Below, piece after piece: positions 26,441 through 39,339 of a stretch of DNA of 64,000 nucleotides. Both the position numbers and the translations under genes were made by a program. The notes below the pieces were generated by a model, which worked only from the letters and a program-made list of their open reading frames with translations, was not told the origin of the DNA and ran no database searches. Within the stretch, counting starts at the first letter, position 1. Every line of letters begins with the position of its first letter. The DNA is from Felis catus (lineage: Eukaryota): NCBI RefSeq assembly GCF_018350175.1, contig NC_058368.1, forward strand, positions 181,662,001 through 181,726,000, given 5' to 3'.

Positions 26441-27160
26441 AAAAACAACTCATCTCACTTCTTGGTTAAAATCAAATAGTCACAAATTCAGTATGTTGAA
26501 ATCTGAATTTGTGTGAACATGAAAAAATTTGGGGTAATTATCATGTCTGAGGGCTTAATAAACATTCAATAAGTGTTAGTAGCCAACATCTATGGTTTAG
26601 AAAATTCTTCACAACTATTATTTCTTTTCTACAGCCATTCCATATAGATTATCACTTAAAACTTATTAAAATAAATGTTGTTTAAATATATGTACATGTC
26701 TTGCCAAAGCAACTTTATTTAAATGAAGGAAACTTGTAAGGACAAGAGGACTCCCAGTTAACAAACCATATGGTTACATACTATTGTAACAACAACAAAA
26801 AAATAATTATCATTAAAAGCAGCTCACCTATACCTCTATTTCTGTAGCAAATAGGGAATTTTAGGACAAAAAGCAGCAATGAAATCCCCCAAATATTCCA
26901 CAAATAACTTAATGTTAGAAATATACATGTATGTGGTTTATATGTCATTTTAATAAAAGTGCCTAGAGGGCACTGATTTGCCACATTTTTCTGGATCTGT
27001 ATAGCAAGCACTGTACATGTGTGGGTATTACTTGTGGGTAAGCACTATTTACTCTACAAATAAATTACTATGTAGCTTACATTGTTAGGGTCGCATGATA
27101 GCCCTATAGCTTAAAAGACTGAAATAACCATGCATTTATCTTGTCACTACAGGTACTTAC

Positions 27161-27217
27161 AGTGTAATTACAAGGTCAACAGTTACTATGTAATTACGTA
27201 GTTTCAACATTGTGGTT
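27161..27217 (-). other. Candidate 57-nt exon
   Basis: T14-aag|AACCACAATGTTGAAACTACG...GTAATTACACT|gtaagta. One frame is open (TTMLKLRNYIVTVDLVIT). Confidence 0.3.
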
Positions 27218-28312
27218 CTTAAAAAAAAAAAAAAGTACACTGTTCTCCCAGTACCTGCTGAGAACCCCTATCTCTGCTCCACCATCCTCACTTGCAAATT
27301 TTAAATAGCCACAAATAACATTTTAAAAGGAAAACAAATCCAAGCATCTTTACTGGAATAACAGGTGTCTTAGAATTATTATACAATGATAGCACTAAGA
27401 CCTCAGACATCTTCTGGTCCAATGCACTCATTTTCTTGGAAGGACTGTTTTTTTAATTGCTTATAGTTCCTTGTCCTAATTTAGAAAGTAATTCAAGATA
27501 AAAAGTACCACAAATGGTATTTTTTGTTCAGCAGCACCATGTTATAATGGTTGCTTGCATATATATAGTAATGACATGTGGCACACTTTCAAAAGGGTCG
27601 ATTTCCTGGTTTAAACTTAATCAAAAGAAAATAGCACTGAATCTTAACTTACAATAGAACCCTCCTAAAATTTCATGCTTCTGCAGTTTGGATCCTAAGT
27701 TCATTTCTGTGGTCTGATTAATACTGGTATCACATTTGTATATAATTTAGTGGTTGGTCCTGTATATGTTCACTGTGCATAAGCCTCTTAGATGTTTCTT
27801 TTCCAATGTATGGTAACTCTAAAGTCATGGGTTTCATTAAAGCTTTAAAAAACCCTTCAAATTCACTCCCCCCTTTATTCATAGAAGCAGAAGGACACTG
27901 CTTTGATAGTCAATATTTGAACAACTCATTCCAAATTTATTATAGGTTACTATCATACAGAGAATAATAAAGAATTTTTTTAATTACTTTAGCTCATAAG
28001 AATGGGCTGATAGATATTCCATCAATGTTATGATTCCCTTGGATGGAGAAAAGCTAAATGCTAACCCAAACAGATTTTAAAACCATAATTACTTGGTAAA
28101 CAAGGGAATTGTAGTCAAATAATTATTCATGATTACAGATTAAATTCATCTAGATTTTTAATTTTTTTTTTTCTTATTGAATTCTTCTATCTGTGGCAAA
28201 GCCACAGAGCATAGCACCATCCAAGTGGTATTGCTTCTTCAATAGGTTCTACACAAAAGGAGCAAACTGTATACAGGTTCTGCTATAGTGTCTTTCTTCT
28301 TTCTCTCTCCAG

Positions 28313-28420
28313 GGATGAAGCACACATGAGTTATCCAACATTAGGGTGTGTGCATCATATTAAAAGGATGCTTGTTGCCTGATACAGTGGCTCATTGGAA
28401 AGTAAACTCCAGGCAATCAG
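28313..28420 (+). other. Candidate 108-nt plus-strand non-coding exon (possible antisense transcript)
   Basis: tctttcttctttctctctccag|GGATGAAG...GGCAATCAG|gtaagg. Stops in all frames. Confidence 0.3.
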
Positions 28421-28640
28421 GTAAGGAACATCACCCCACAATTAGTTCTTACAACTAAAGTTCTTACAACTAGTTCTTACTATGATGAGAAATCACAAGG
28501 AAGGAAATCACACTCTATACAGACGAATGGGGAAAAGTCCTGTTCAACAGAGAATCTCAGGATAGGTGATGGTCAGGATCTCAAGAGAAAATAGAAACTA
28601 ACCTTTCTCTTACCATCTAATAAAACCAAGAAGTTCATTT

Positions 28641-28869
28641 TTTAATTTTTTTTTAAGATTTTTTTTTCAACGTTTATTTATTTTTGGGACAGAGAGAGAC
28701 AGAGCATGAACGGGGGAGGGGCAGAGAGAGAGGGAGACACAGAATCGGAAACAGGCTCCAGGCTCTGAGCCATCAGCCCAGAGCCTGACGCGGGGCTCGA
28801 ACTCACGACTGCGAGATCGTGACCTGGCTGAAGTCGGACGCTTAACCGACTGCGCCACCCAGGCGCCCC
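28641..28869 (-). mobile_element. Young CAN-SINE (SINEC_Fc) with perfect 15-bp TSD
   Basis: CpGs are intact (ggggcgcctgggtggcgcagtcggttaagcgtccgacttcagccaggtcacg on minus). TSD ccaagaagttcattt at 28626-28640 and 28870-28884. Confidence 0.97.
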
Positions 28870-28903
28870 CCAAGAAGTTCATTTAAATAGTTGCAGGACT
28901 TAC

Positions 28904-28933
28904 CTTCCTAATACCGACTAATAATTGATTTGC
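28904..28933 (-). other. Candidate 30-nt mini-exon (phase 0 reads ANQLLVGIRK)
   Basis: aacttttcatag|GCAAATCAATTATTAGTCGGTATTAGGAAG|gtaagt. Near-perfect donor. Confidence 0.4.
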
Positions 28934-30599
28934 CTATGAAAAGTTTCTTCTTTTCAATAGTTCCCAAACTAATTTGGACACTTCTTTGTAAGTTTCACCT
29001 TATAAATTAAGAATGCAAAATACACCATCTCTAGGATACACCAGAGGTTAAAAAATGCAAAGTATGAATGGTTACCTGCAGAAGGATTTTTTATGCTAAG
29101 AACCAAAATGATTACATATATACCAAACTAAGTAGAGAAGCTGACAGAAGACTCGGATGGGGGATGAAGGTCAAAATGACTTTAGTCTCATCTATGATGT
29201 TCCAATATTACTTACAAAAAGAACAGGCTGATATTAAACATATAAATTAAGAATACAAAAGAGAGTAAAGCAAATCAGAATATAGCATTCATAAAGAAAA
29301 ACAGAGTATTTCTCCATTAGTCTAGAACACAGTTTTCTGCTTTGGTGGCAAGAGGTCTGCCAACACAGTTTGTTAGAAATCAAAGGGCAGACAGAGGGGG
29401 TATTTTTCAGACTGCTTGGTATAGAGATGCATGGAGAAAACTATAAACAAGGACACTTGGACTGACCTTGTAGTTGCTAGAAGTGAGAAAAATGTACATT
29501 GTTAGTAGCATACTGACCCATAGGATCTGACCAAGAAATGATTCACACTGTATTTATTCCACACTTTAAGTAAGTATGCATTGCAAAGACTGCTCTCATT
29601 CCGTTTTTGGTAGTTATTTTCAGTAAGTAAGAAGCACTGTACCTTTAAGTTTTAAATATAAAAAATGACACTGATTAACCTTTAAAATGGTGCCATTTAA
29701 TCAAAGCAAGTAGATCTTTAATGGGTTTTAAATGGACTAATAAATCACAAGATTTTTTTTTTTACCACGGAAATAAACGAAATATTTGAGAAAAAAAAAT
29801 CTCATTATGCCTCTTGGAGTGTTTGTGTGTGAGAGAACGGGCAAGAGGAGAGGTGACAGGAGTCCACACATGGGTATTTTCCAAGTGATGATGATTTGGA
29901 AGGTGACTGCCTTGCCTTATTTCTAGTGAGTTCTGTATTTGTTACCATTTTGCTCTGTGTGCTCATGCACAAGACTTTGAAAGGCTATATTGATATGTTC
30001 CAAGGAACTTTGTTAAATTTTGAGACTCGGACTAAGAAAGGTAGGTGAGCATCATGTTGAAGACAATTGATCTTTCACTTTAGAAGAAGCTAAATGAAGA
30101 AGATGAGTATGTTTTACTTCTTCCACTCATTCCCTGCTCTCATGCCCATCACTAATTCTCCTCAGGCACAAGTGAAAAACCAAGCAACCATCAGTCTCAG
30201 AAAGTACAGACTGGCCTCCTTATGTCCCATTGGTTTTCCTGCTGATGCGGCATTTTCTATGTTCCCCATGGATGCACAGGTCTGTCTTAGCACTGCAATA
30301 TATCTTCACCTGGCTTAGAGTGGTTTAATGCAAATGAGTTGAATGAATGAAGTGGATAAGAAGTGACAGCTTGATAATGATAGACTAGCTGTGCTTTCCC
30401 TTTGAACCAGGTACAAACTTAGGTATAGAAGAGCAAGATGCCATTCATAATAAATTGATGTTCAACTCTAAACAGCCACCAAAGGATCAGCTAAAGCAAG
30501 TGCCAGCATCGGGCCACAAGTTGGAGGATGGAACAAGGGAATGGAGAGAAGTTTCACCTGCAGGAGGATTTTAAAAATCAGACAGAGTATAGGAATAAA

Positions 30600-30830
30600 A
30601 GCCAGGCTTAATGATAGCCACCACTTTTAAGCACTTATAATGTGTTAGGTACTGAGCTGAAAATTTATAGGCATTATCTCATTTAATTCATATAACTCAA
30701 TAAGGTCTAGATAATTAATGCCGCAATTTTACAGATGAGAAAACTGAAGATCAGAGAGATAATAAAACTTGCCCAAGGACACACCTGACAAGGCAAGTCA
30801 GGATTTATATTCAGAATAATGCAGTTTTGG
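30600..30830 (-). mobile_element. MIR SINE
   Basis: gcacttataatgtgttaggtactgag...attatctcatttaattc...ttttacagatgagaaaactgaagatcagagaga...cttgcccaaggacacac. Confidence 0.88.
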
Positions 30831-30839
30831 AGGCTTCCC

Positions 30840-32435
30840 TCATGTCACTTCTTTCCCATCCAGCAAGTCTGTATCCACACTCTGTCTCTGGGGTCTGAAA
30901 GTGTGTCTCTGCTTTTCCTTATCCAAGGCAGCTTTCCACCTGTGCCACTGAACACATGGCATCCAAGAATATTCTCCTGTAACTTGTCCCATCACCTATA
31001 AGTTGAGTCTCCCCCATCCTTTTATCTTCTTCCCCATCAGTCTCTAAAACTACTCAAATCTGTCTCTTGACCACAACCTCATTCCTTGACCCCTGCATTT
31101 TCTCTGAACATCGCCACTTTGTGATGGAATAATTGTCTGAGCTTGTTCTGCCCTTCTCCTCCCTTCCTCTGGTATAGATCTCAGCTGCACCATGCCAGGA
31201 ACTGCTTCTGCTGAAGGCACTGATACTCTACCCATAGACAAGACAAATGGATACCTCACCATGACCTGAGGCTTCTGAGTCTAATGACTGCTCCTTGAAA
31301 CATTAATGACCTTCTCTTCTGAACTATCAGCCTGCTGGCTCTCCATTCCTGAGAAGGCTTTTCCACCAGTGGTTCTTCCTTTAAATTTCTTAGAAATGGT
31401 GGTGGAATTCCAAGTTCCTTCTTTTCTGCTACTTTCCTAGCAGTGTCTGGATGCTCACAAGCTCTCACAGACTTACACAACATTCCTTCACCTGACTTCT
31501 TCACCTATCCCACCAACTGGTATTTCTCATCTGAAAACCAGAGCTGTGAATCCCATTGGGTGTTAGCCACAATGACTTCCCAAATGCATGCAGGAGCCTT
31601 AAAGTCAACATACTCAAAACTGAGCTCACTGGGTCCTTACCACACTTCCTCACCCTACAGTTACACTTTTCATCTTTATTCCATTCAAAGAAGCCAAAAT
31701 CATGGATAACGTATTTGACACTTTAATTTTCATGACACCTTTTTTCCCCCTTCAAAATAGTTCCTCGGTCTACCAAATTCTCTCTCATAAACCATCTCAC
31801 TTTGTTGTTATTCAGGCCTTGGTCACTCTTGCCTGAGCCAAAGAGATGGCCTGCCTCCTTGAACTCCAGTCCCACTCCTGCCTTGCCCCGTTTAGCCAAT
31901 CCTCCTCACTGTCCTTAGAACAGTATTCTAAAACACAAATCAGATAATGCTTTGTATCTGCATAGGATTTGCACCTGTGTAGGATATGGCTGCTGGCTCC
32001 CTCTTCAGCCCCATCTCCTATCACAAGCACCACTCCTCCCATATCTTTTGCACAACTGAGTGTTTTGAGTATGCTGTAATTTTTCACATCCCTGGATACT
32101 TGCACACTCAGTTTTTTCTTTGTCCACCTTGAATGACCTTATTTTTGCCAGAAAAACACGTATTTTTTCTTCACTATTTCAAATAGACAAGAATTACCTT
32201 CTTGAAACAGTCTGTGATCTTTCCTAGAGGTAAGCACCCCTTCCCTTGATTGTAGGCACAAATGGCAAAAAGCATCTATCACTGACACTTTATGTTGCTA
32301 ATTTTATTTTTACCAGAGTCTGTCTACTTCACTGGACTTTAAGATCTGAAGCTACCTTTTCAATCATTTTGGTATTTCCAGGGCCTAGCACAAGGCCTAC
32401 CACACACTAGATGCTTAGTAAATGACTATGGAACT
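30840..32435 (+). mobile_element. L2 LINE, about 1.6 kb 3' portion
   Basis: Pyrimidine-rich L2 body (tcaacatactcaaaactgagctca, cactcttgcctgagcc...gcctccttgaactcc) ending gggcctagcacaaggcctaccacacactagatgcttagtaaatg. Confidence 0.8.
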
Positions 32436-33929
32436 CGACTTGACATGTGATGGCCTAAGACCTTCAGTCTCAAACTGAAACAAATAAACAGGCAACCCCA
32501 ATTGTTTTAAAAAGAATCAATATGCCTTAGAAGCAATTTGGCCATTGAACAAATGAGATTTACTTTGGAAATCAGTAAATTGGAAGTCCAAAACGTATAG
32601 CTCCAGAGCCTATGGCGTGAGTGGGTAAGTAAGTGTAAGTCCTTGGACAACACAACAAACAAAGCTTAAACTGCTTTGTTTAAGCATTCCACCTGTAAAG
32701 TGAGGTGAACAGGATACTTTCTAAAATTTCTATAGCTCTCAAGTATCTATTTTGTTATATGAGGTCATAACCAACCACATAGGGCCAACATTCAAAGAAA
32801 AGGACTGAACTGATATTAGAAAAAAAAAAAAAAACTGCTTGTTGTAAATAACCAAAGATATGTGTTGACTAAAAAGACATAACAAATTACTTCCAATCAT
32901 CTTCTCAAAAGTATGCATATAACTGAATCTTTTCATACTTAGCTCCAAAAATCCCCATAAAAATGTCCTGGAAAACAGTCATTTGGCCAGGAAATGTAGG
33001 TCTTAATAGATGCATCAAAGGCTTCTTTCTCTCTTTTTCCTCATATTTTCAAATCAAATACACAATCCTATTATCATTTGCAGCTCTAAGTTTCCCCCCA
33101 AAATATCAAAATTGTCTTTGATTCCACAGATCCTGAATATTTATATGCCTTTCAAGTCAGTACAGTTTAGTGAGGAAAGAACATAGCTCCGTCACATCTA
33201 TTAAATATTAAGTATTTTGCTGCAAAAGCAGATACAGGTACACAGATGTGTGATCACAGCCTCTAGAGATACAAACATGATGCTTTTCCCCCCATTTGGT
33301 TGCAGATGAGGGAAAAAAAACTGTGCTGAAAGAAAACTTGCTTAAGTAACACGGTGAGCAATAATGTGGTATTAAACTAAAATGTGTTTGAAGTTGCATA
33401 TTACATCCAAAGGAACACCACCATAATTCATAGTGATTAATGTTAATGTCAAAAATATTAAAGAAAGTAATAATGATTTGTATCTTCATGTAATGGGCTA
33501 TCCTTTCTTTGATCTTTTATTCCCTTTGATCAATGAAATTAACGGACAATAAATTTCAAACCAATAAAAAGAAATTCATCTTCGCCCAGCACATCGGTCA
33601 GCCTGTGGGAATAACTGCCACATGAGGTCAGAGAGACAAATGCGAAGGCTGGTGTTAAAAAAAGATCAGATAATTTTATGACCATTAATAACATTTGTCG
33701 TGCTGCAAGCTCACATGAAGATAAGAGTAATCCAGTCCTCCTTTTGGGCTCAGACTAATTACCTCTGGGTCACAAAGACACTGCTGGACCAGCACACACA
33801 GCATGGGTCATTTGTGCACTTTCAGAGGGGACTTTACTTCCATTTCAGTGGAGAACATGGTCACATGAAGACCTCTGAAAGGCCCTCAAACCTGAAAAGA
33901 TTATGGTACTTGCTCCTCAATTTGTAATT

Positions 33930-33957
33930 AAAAACAAAAACAAAAACAAAAACAAAC
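33930..33957. repeat. (AAAAAC)n simple repeat
   Basis: aaaaacaaaaacaaaaacaaaaacaaac. Confidence 0.85.
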
Positions 33958-35399
33958 CTAAGCCAGAAAACCCTTAATTTCATGCATGTGCTGAAATTAA
34001 AGTGTTTTTGGTATTTTTCCCCCAGGTTCCTTTGGTTGATAAGTTCAAGTTAAGTGTTTTTTTTTTTGTTTGTTTGTTTGTTTTGTTTTTTCCAAGCTGA
34101 GTTGTTTAGAGTATTTTGGTGTCCCTCACATCCTAGGACCCTGAGCATTTGCCTGTTAGGTAATTGAACACTTGGTGGGTAAAGCAAAGATGAATTATGC
34201 TCACAACCAAAAATATCAAAATATATGTGGCTCTCTTTTTCAAAAGCAAAGTATCAGAATCTATTTCAGGAATTCTGCTCCTCTATGCATTTGTGGTGGT
34301 TGTGGATTATTAAGACCTTTAGTTAGGGCTGCTTATACAAATTATGGCCTGTTGGAGGTATCTTGCCAACCAAGGTATTCCTTCAGACATCCCGTATGTA
34401 TTATTTCCACACCTCTAATGAGATCCCTATCTGCACTTTCATTAGTGCTCAGTGCCAGATAAATGTTGAATACACCCAGGGAATGCATGCAGTCAAGGCT
34501 GTCTTATCACAACTTCAATGTCAATTGCTAAGGAAATGCAAAATGGTTACATGGCTCACTATCTACTTGCATGTAGTTATTTGTTTCTTGTGCTCTGCTC
34601 CCATTTCACTAGATCCCTGGTGTGTCATGGAAAAGAAAAGGTGTCTTATCGGTATCTAATAACCTAAGGGTTACTGAAAACTGACCACCATGTTGCTAAA
34701 TCATTCCACCCACAGCTCTCAACAGCAGGAAATCATGATTCTCCTAATAGACTTATAATATACAGACACAATTTACTTTCATAAAACTGCAGGGGAATAG
34801 CTCTAGTTGGCTTTCATGTGAGAAAATTCATGATCATCAATAATTTATTTCAAAGATTCATTAAAACTCAATGTATTTATAGCCCTCTAACTACAGTAAA
34901 GCAGGATTAGAAACTGTCAGTGGGGGAAATATTATTCATATCACTTAACATGTATTAAAATACATTGTATAGAAATCTATTTTTTTCCCTTCAGAGTGTA
35001 GGTCATTTAGTCCTCTCCAAGGGAAAAAAATTGATAGAGAAGAAGAAATTTTCAGAATTGAACACAGACATGAAGATTATAAGTTATGGATAAATAAGGT
35101 CTTAAATATTCCCCTTAGTTACCCGCTAGTGTTTCTTCTCACAGAACTCAGTTATCTCACTTTGATTCTGACAACTCTTTTATTGGCTTCTGTGTTCCTG
35201 ACCCTAATTTCATAAATTGACTCCTGTTTACTCTTTTAGTTTAGTGTTTAGGCTTATGAAATCATGTATCTGACCTGGGGACTTCAACTCCAGCCTTGAA
35301 CCAGCCCACTTCTAGACTGCCTAAATTATTAATCTCAACTTGAAGGTTCATGTCAAGGCCTACCACCCAGGAACCATTACTGATCCTGACTTTGGCAAG

Positions 35400-35660
35400 A
35401 GAGAGATCTGAGATGGTAATATAAATTACCTCTGATTAGCATTTAAAACTATAAGAAAACTTGAGATCACTCCAGTAGTGAGTTCAAGAAAGAATGGTAG
35501 GAGAAGATGGTATAACATGAGTATAGACTGTTCTTAGAAAGATCTTCCATAAAGCAGACAAATGAAGGGTGGGTAGCAAGATAGGAATGTGAGACACAGA
35601 GTGTTTTGGTTTTTTTAAATATATTAAAATAACAGTATGTTTGCATGTTTGAAAGTACTT
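35400..35660 (-). mobile_element. L2 internal fragment
   Basis: gagtatagactgttcttagaaagatctt...gggtagcaagataggaatgtgaga...aacagtatgtttgcatg resembles reverse L2. Confidence 0.45.
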
Positions 35661-36329
35661 ATGGATGAATGAATGAATACTGTAAGTCCTATTTATGCTT
35701 CCAGAGAGAAGGCACAGCCTTCAGAAGATTATTAGAGTCTCAATTTGAGGACTAATTCCCTAAAGAGACATGAAAAATTCAACTATGACTTCAAACATGA
35801 CTGCCCTCAGGATGTATGTTGGTGGAGCATTAACTGAGGAGGTAAGCATTTGTGATTTATTTTTGTCTTTTATGGTAATGAAATATTAATTTCTTTATGT
35901 ATAAAATTCATTCAGAACCTTTAGTTATTCTGATTTCAGATATGCTTACAACTTTGTGTGTGTGGCGGGGGGAGTCTTTAAAGTGAAACCTATCATGACA
36001 TTGACCTAAAACTTTACACATTATACATACACAGATAGTTTTGGTAGCACCAATCAAAATTTGATGTTGCTCCCACCTTCTATTTTTGTAATTGACATTA
36101 TATTCAATTTATGTTTTGTTTCCACTTGATACCACAACCAGAAAAAAAAATCTGGCTGTACAACTGTGATTAGGGCAGTAGCCATATTGGTCTTGAGTGA
36201 ACACACATGTTGCTGCCAGTACAATTTCTGTAAGCACAGATTCCTAACCTGCAAATTATAGGGTTAACTGCAGAGCAATGATAGTTTGAGGTTCCCAGCC
36301 AGTGCCTCTTCCATTCACCTTATCAACAC

Positions 36330-36750
36330 CTAAAATCTCAGCATTGGTAAGGAAGCCCCTGGTATGAAATTCAAGATTCTTCCCGATGCAGGGGTCCTCT
36401 CCACCACCCTTTGGATATAGCTAGTTAGTATCTGCTTGCAAATATCTAAAGATAGTAGCTCATTCTTATAGGAACGTCTGGTTTCAGTATTTAAAAACAG
36501 TTCTGAATATTTCAAAATTGTAATTTACATTAGCATATAATCTCTCCCCCTAAAATGCCCCTAGTTTGATTCTGTGGAGACATACAGAATTAGAGTCCTT
36601 CAGCCATGACATATGAAGACACATACCAAATTCCCTTTACATCTTTCATTTTTTACAGGCTAAATACATGCCTTGCCCGCTATATCTGTTTTTCAGATGG
36701 CAAGGATCTCAGATCCTTTATCATCCTGTTACTTTCTCTTGATATTTACA
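36330..36750 (-). mobile_element. L3/CR1 LINE 3' fragment
   Basis: tctgcttgcaaatatctaaagatagtagctca...tctgtggagacatacagaa...tatgaagaca...tttacaggctaaata follows the reverse L3 3' consensus. Confidence 0.65.
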
Positions 36751-38609
36751 TTTCCTACTGAACTTCTCCACAACCAGATTTGGGTTTCATTTCCACAGCA
36801 AAAGAGACAAAAAGTAGACACCAAATAAAGCCTGGGAATGCCAACTCCAAGGAGATTCCAAGCTGTTTTGCCGAGAGCAAGTCTCATCACTTATAGTGTC
36901 CGTGATCTCCAAAAGCAAAAAAGTAAATGTTAGGGTGAAAGACTAGAACTACACCAGGTAAAGGTGGAAGAATACTATTCTTGACCTCCATCTCTATTCC
37001 CATCCATTCTTATGTGGATGGCATTTCTCTCCCCTTAAGGATTACCTACCCAGACCTCACAACTTTTCTCAGACAATGAAAGTCCTTAAGTGACTCTTAG
37101 TTAACAAAAATGCTCTTATTCCATAACTAAAATGGCCAGTCTAAGACACTAGTTAAAACTAATTCATTTAAAGTTCATTTAATCGCTACCTTTGTCCTCC
37201 CTGTCAGCCCTGCTTTGAGCCCAAACTCCATGTTTGTGGGGAAGAGCTATGGTGCCCCACATTTCTGTTTACTGCTTTGTATTTCTCCTCACTCCTAGTT
37301 CCTCTGCCTTGATTTCTGACCTTTCCAAATTTGTAGCAGAAAAGCCAAGAAGGGGCAAAAGGTATAGGGTACAAAAGAGCTTATTGGACTAGTACTGATA
37401 TAACCTGGCCTTGGAGTCCTTTGGTCATGAAAGATGTTTGATGCCTGGCTGCTCAAGGATTTCCTCCCACACCTGCTGCCATTCTGAGGACAACCAGACC
37501 CCTCGGGGAGGTAAATGTCTCCATTGGCTGCTACTAGGCATGGCCCTTAGTCTTCATCTCCCAGTGCATCTTCAGTCTCTTTTTCCTGTGTCTGTCTTGT
37601 CTTCAAAGAGGCTTCCTTTAGGAAAGTTTCTCCCACAAAGCCTATGGGGAACACTTACACATCTTTTCCTTCAGTAGAATCCGGGAGCATAGGCCATTCT
37701 CAAAGCAGTCCCTCTCCTTGCTCCCAAATCTTAGCCTTCCATGTTCTCTCATTTCCTCCTCCCCAGGAATAGTCGCACCAGCATACACTGTGCTTATGAG
37801 ATAGGAGGGGATGTGGGTCAATAATTCTCTGAAGACTATCTCTGTTGACTTGAGGGGAGAGACCTACTCCTCACCCTTTCTTAAGACCCTGCAAACCCCT
37901 CCATAAACTCTCACCCTCTATGCCCAGCTCCTCCTTCAGGTTCTGCAGTCACTTTGATAGAAAGGGTGGTGGTCATGTCTGGGTGGCATGTCTGAGTTCC
38001 TAGACACCTCTTTTGCAAGTTTGTTTGTTTGAGCTAGTATCATATGTTGCAGTGGAAGTAACTGGGGCCCGAGATGGAACAGGGACAGCCAGAGTCCTGA
38101 TGTACTTCCCTGCTACACTTACAAACTGCAAATAATCAGCAGTGAAGCCGCAAAACATTGTTCTTATTTTAAATATATTAAACAAGTGTCTTAAATGAAG
38201 ACCTTAAAAACAAAAAAGCTTCAAATCATAACATTTAGTAAAACAATGGTAATAAATACAAGTGATTTATAGAACCTGAGATCAGTCAACAAAATTTTTC
38301 TCCTAAAATGATCACTTAAGTGTCTCAAGAAATCAAATTATCAAAACATCACTCAAAAGCTTGAAAGCAATAGTATTTATGGGTTGCTTTTCTAAAGAGA
38401 GGAAAATGGCAAAATCTGCAAAATGGTTAGCTAAAATGTTCCTCAAAATGCAATGCAAAAATGTCCTTGCAAGAACTGAAGAAAACAATAAAAACAATAA
38501 GTCTTTAAATGTATTCCTTTCACTAATTTTTTTTTTTTTTTTTTTGGAAAATAGAAACTAAGGATTCATACAATCTGGTTTCCAAACCAGACTCAGATCA
38601 GGGGAGAAA

Positions 38610-38830
38610 TATTTTGTTGAAATGCAGTTGAGGATCCCAAAGCAAAATGGAATTTAAATGGCAAAGTATATTCAGTGTGGGAGGGCCTGCCAGGTCTCAC
38701 TTAACATCTTCATTAATGGTCCAGACCAGAGAAATAAACAGCAAGTTAATTAAACCTACAGGTAGTCTTAAATCAGTATGAGGGGCAAATACTGGTGAGA
38801 GATAATAAGGAGGCTTTAGAGGTTACAAAC
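38610..38830 (+). mobile_element. CR1/L3 reverse-transcriptase relic
   Basis: Translates (with one frameshift) as LNIFING...EINSKLIKPTGSLKSV*GANT, compared with the CR1 RT motif FNIFINDLD...LIKFADDTKLGGxAN. Confidence 0.5.
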
Positions 38831-39339
38831 AGAGCAGCAAATAAAAAAAGAATTTGAGAAAGCGCATATATTTAACAGAATAAGGCCCCTGGAAAACAGG
38901 ACGGCTTAAACCATATTCAACTGATTATGCAAACAATTAAATAAATCCTAGATTCACTGCCTCAGGAAAATAATCACCAACCTTATTTGGCATTCCCACT
39001 CAGAGATATAAAAGAATAGATGGGGGAGAAAAACTTTATAGAAAGATACCTCAATTCTGGAAAAAAAAAACCTGCTTATGTCTAAATGTAATGTAAGAAT
39101 TCAAAACACGGATGCTTCATTGATATAATTTGAGAATCCATGATACAACTTAAATAGAGAAGAAATTAATATTACCATTTGAATGTAATAATTATTTTAT
39201 TGGTCTACAGAGTAGAAAAATTAAGATTTTGAAGGGTATAATTTGTTTATAAATAAACTATCTTGTTAATGCTTAACAATTATTCAAAACAAAGCAAATG
39301 AGTCACAATAAACATGAAATAAAGCCGGGTGTAGTCCAA

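Noticed and set aside
28667..28882. 71-aa ORF MNFLGGAWVAQSVKRPTSARS...
   Set aside because: Read-through translation of the CAN-SINE.
29977..29988. 12-nt match to the 5' part of miR-488-3p
   Set aside because: The match does not extend and there is no precursor hairpin.
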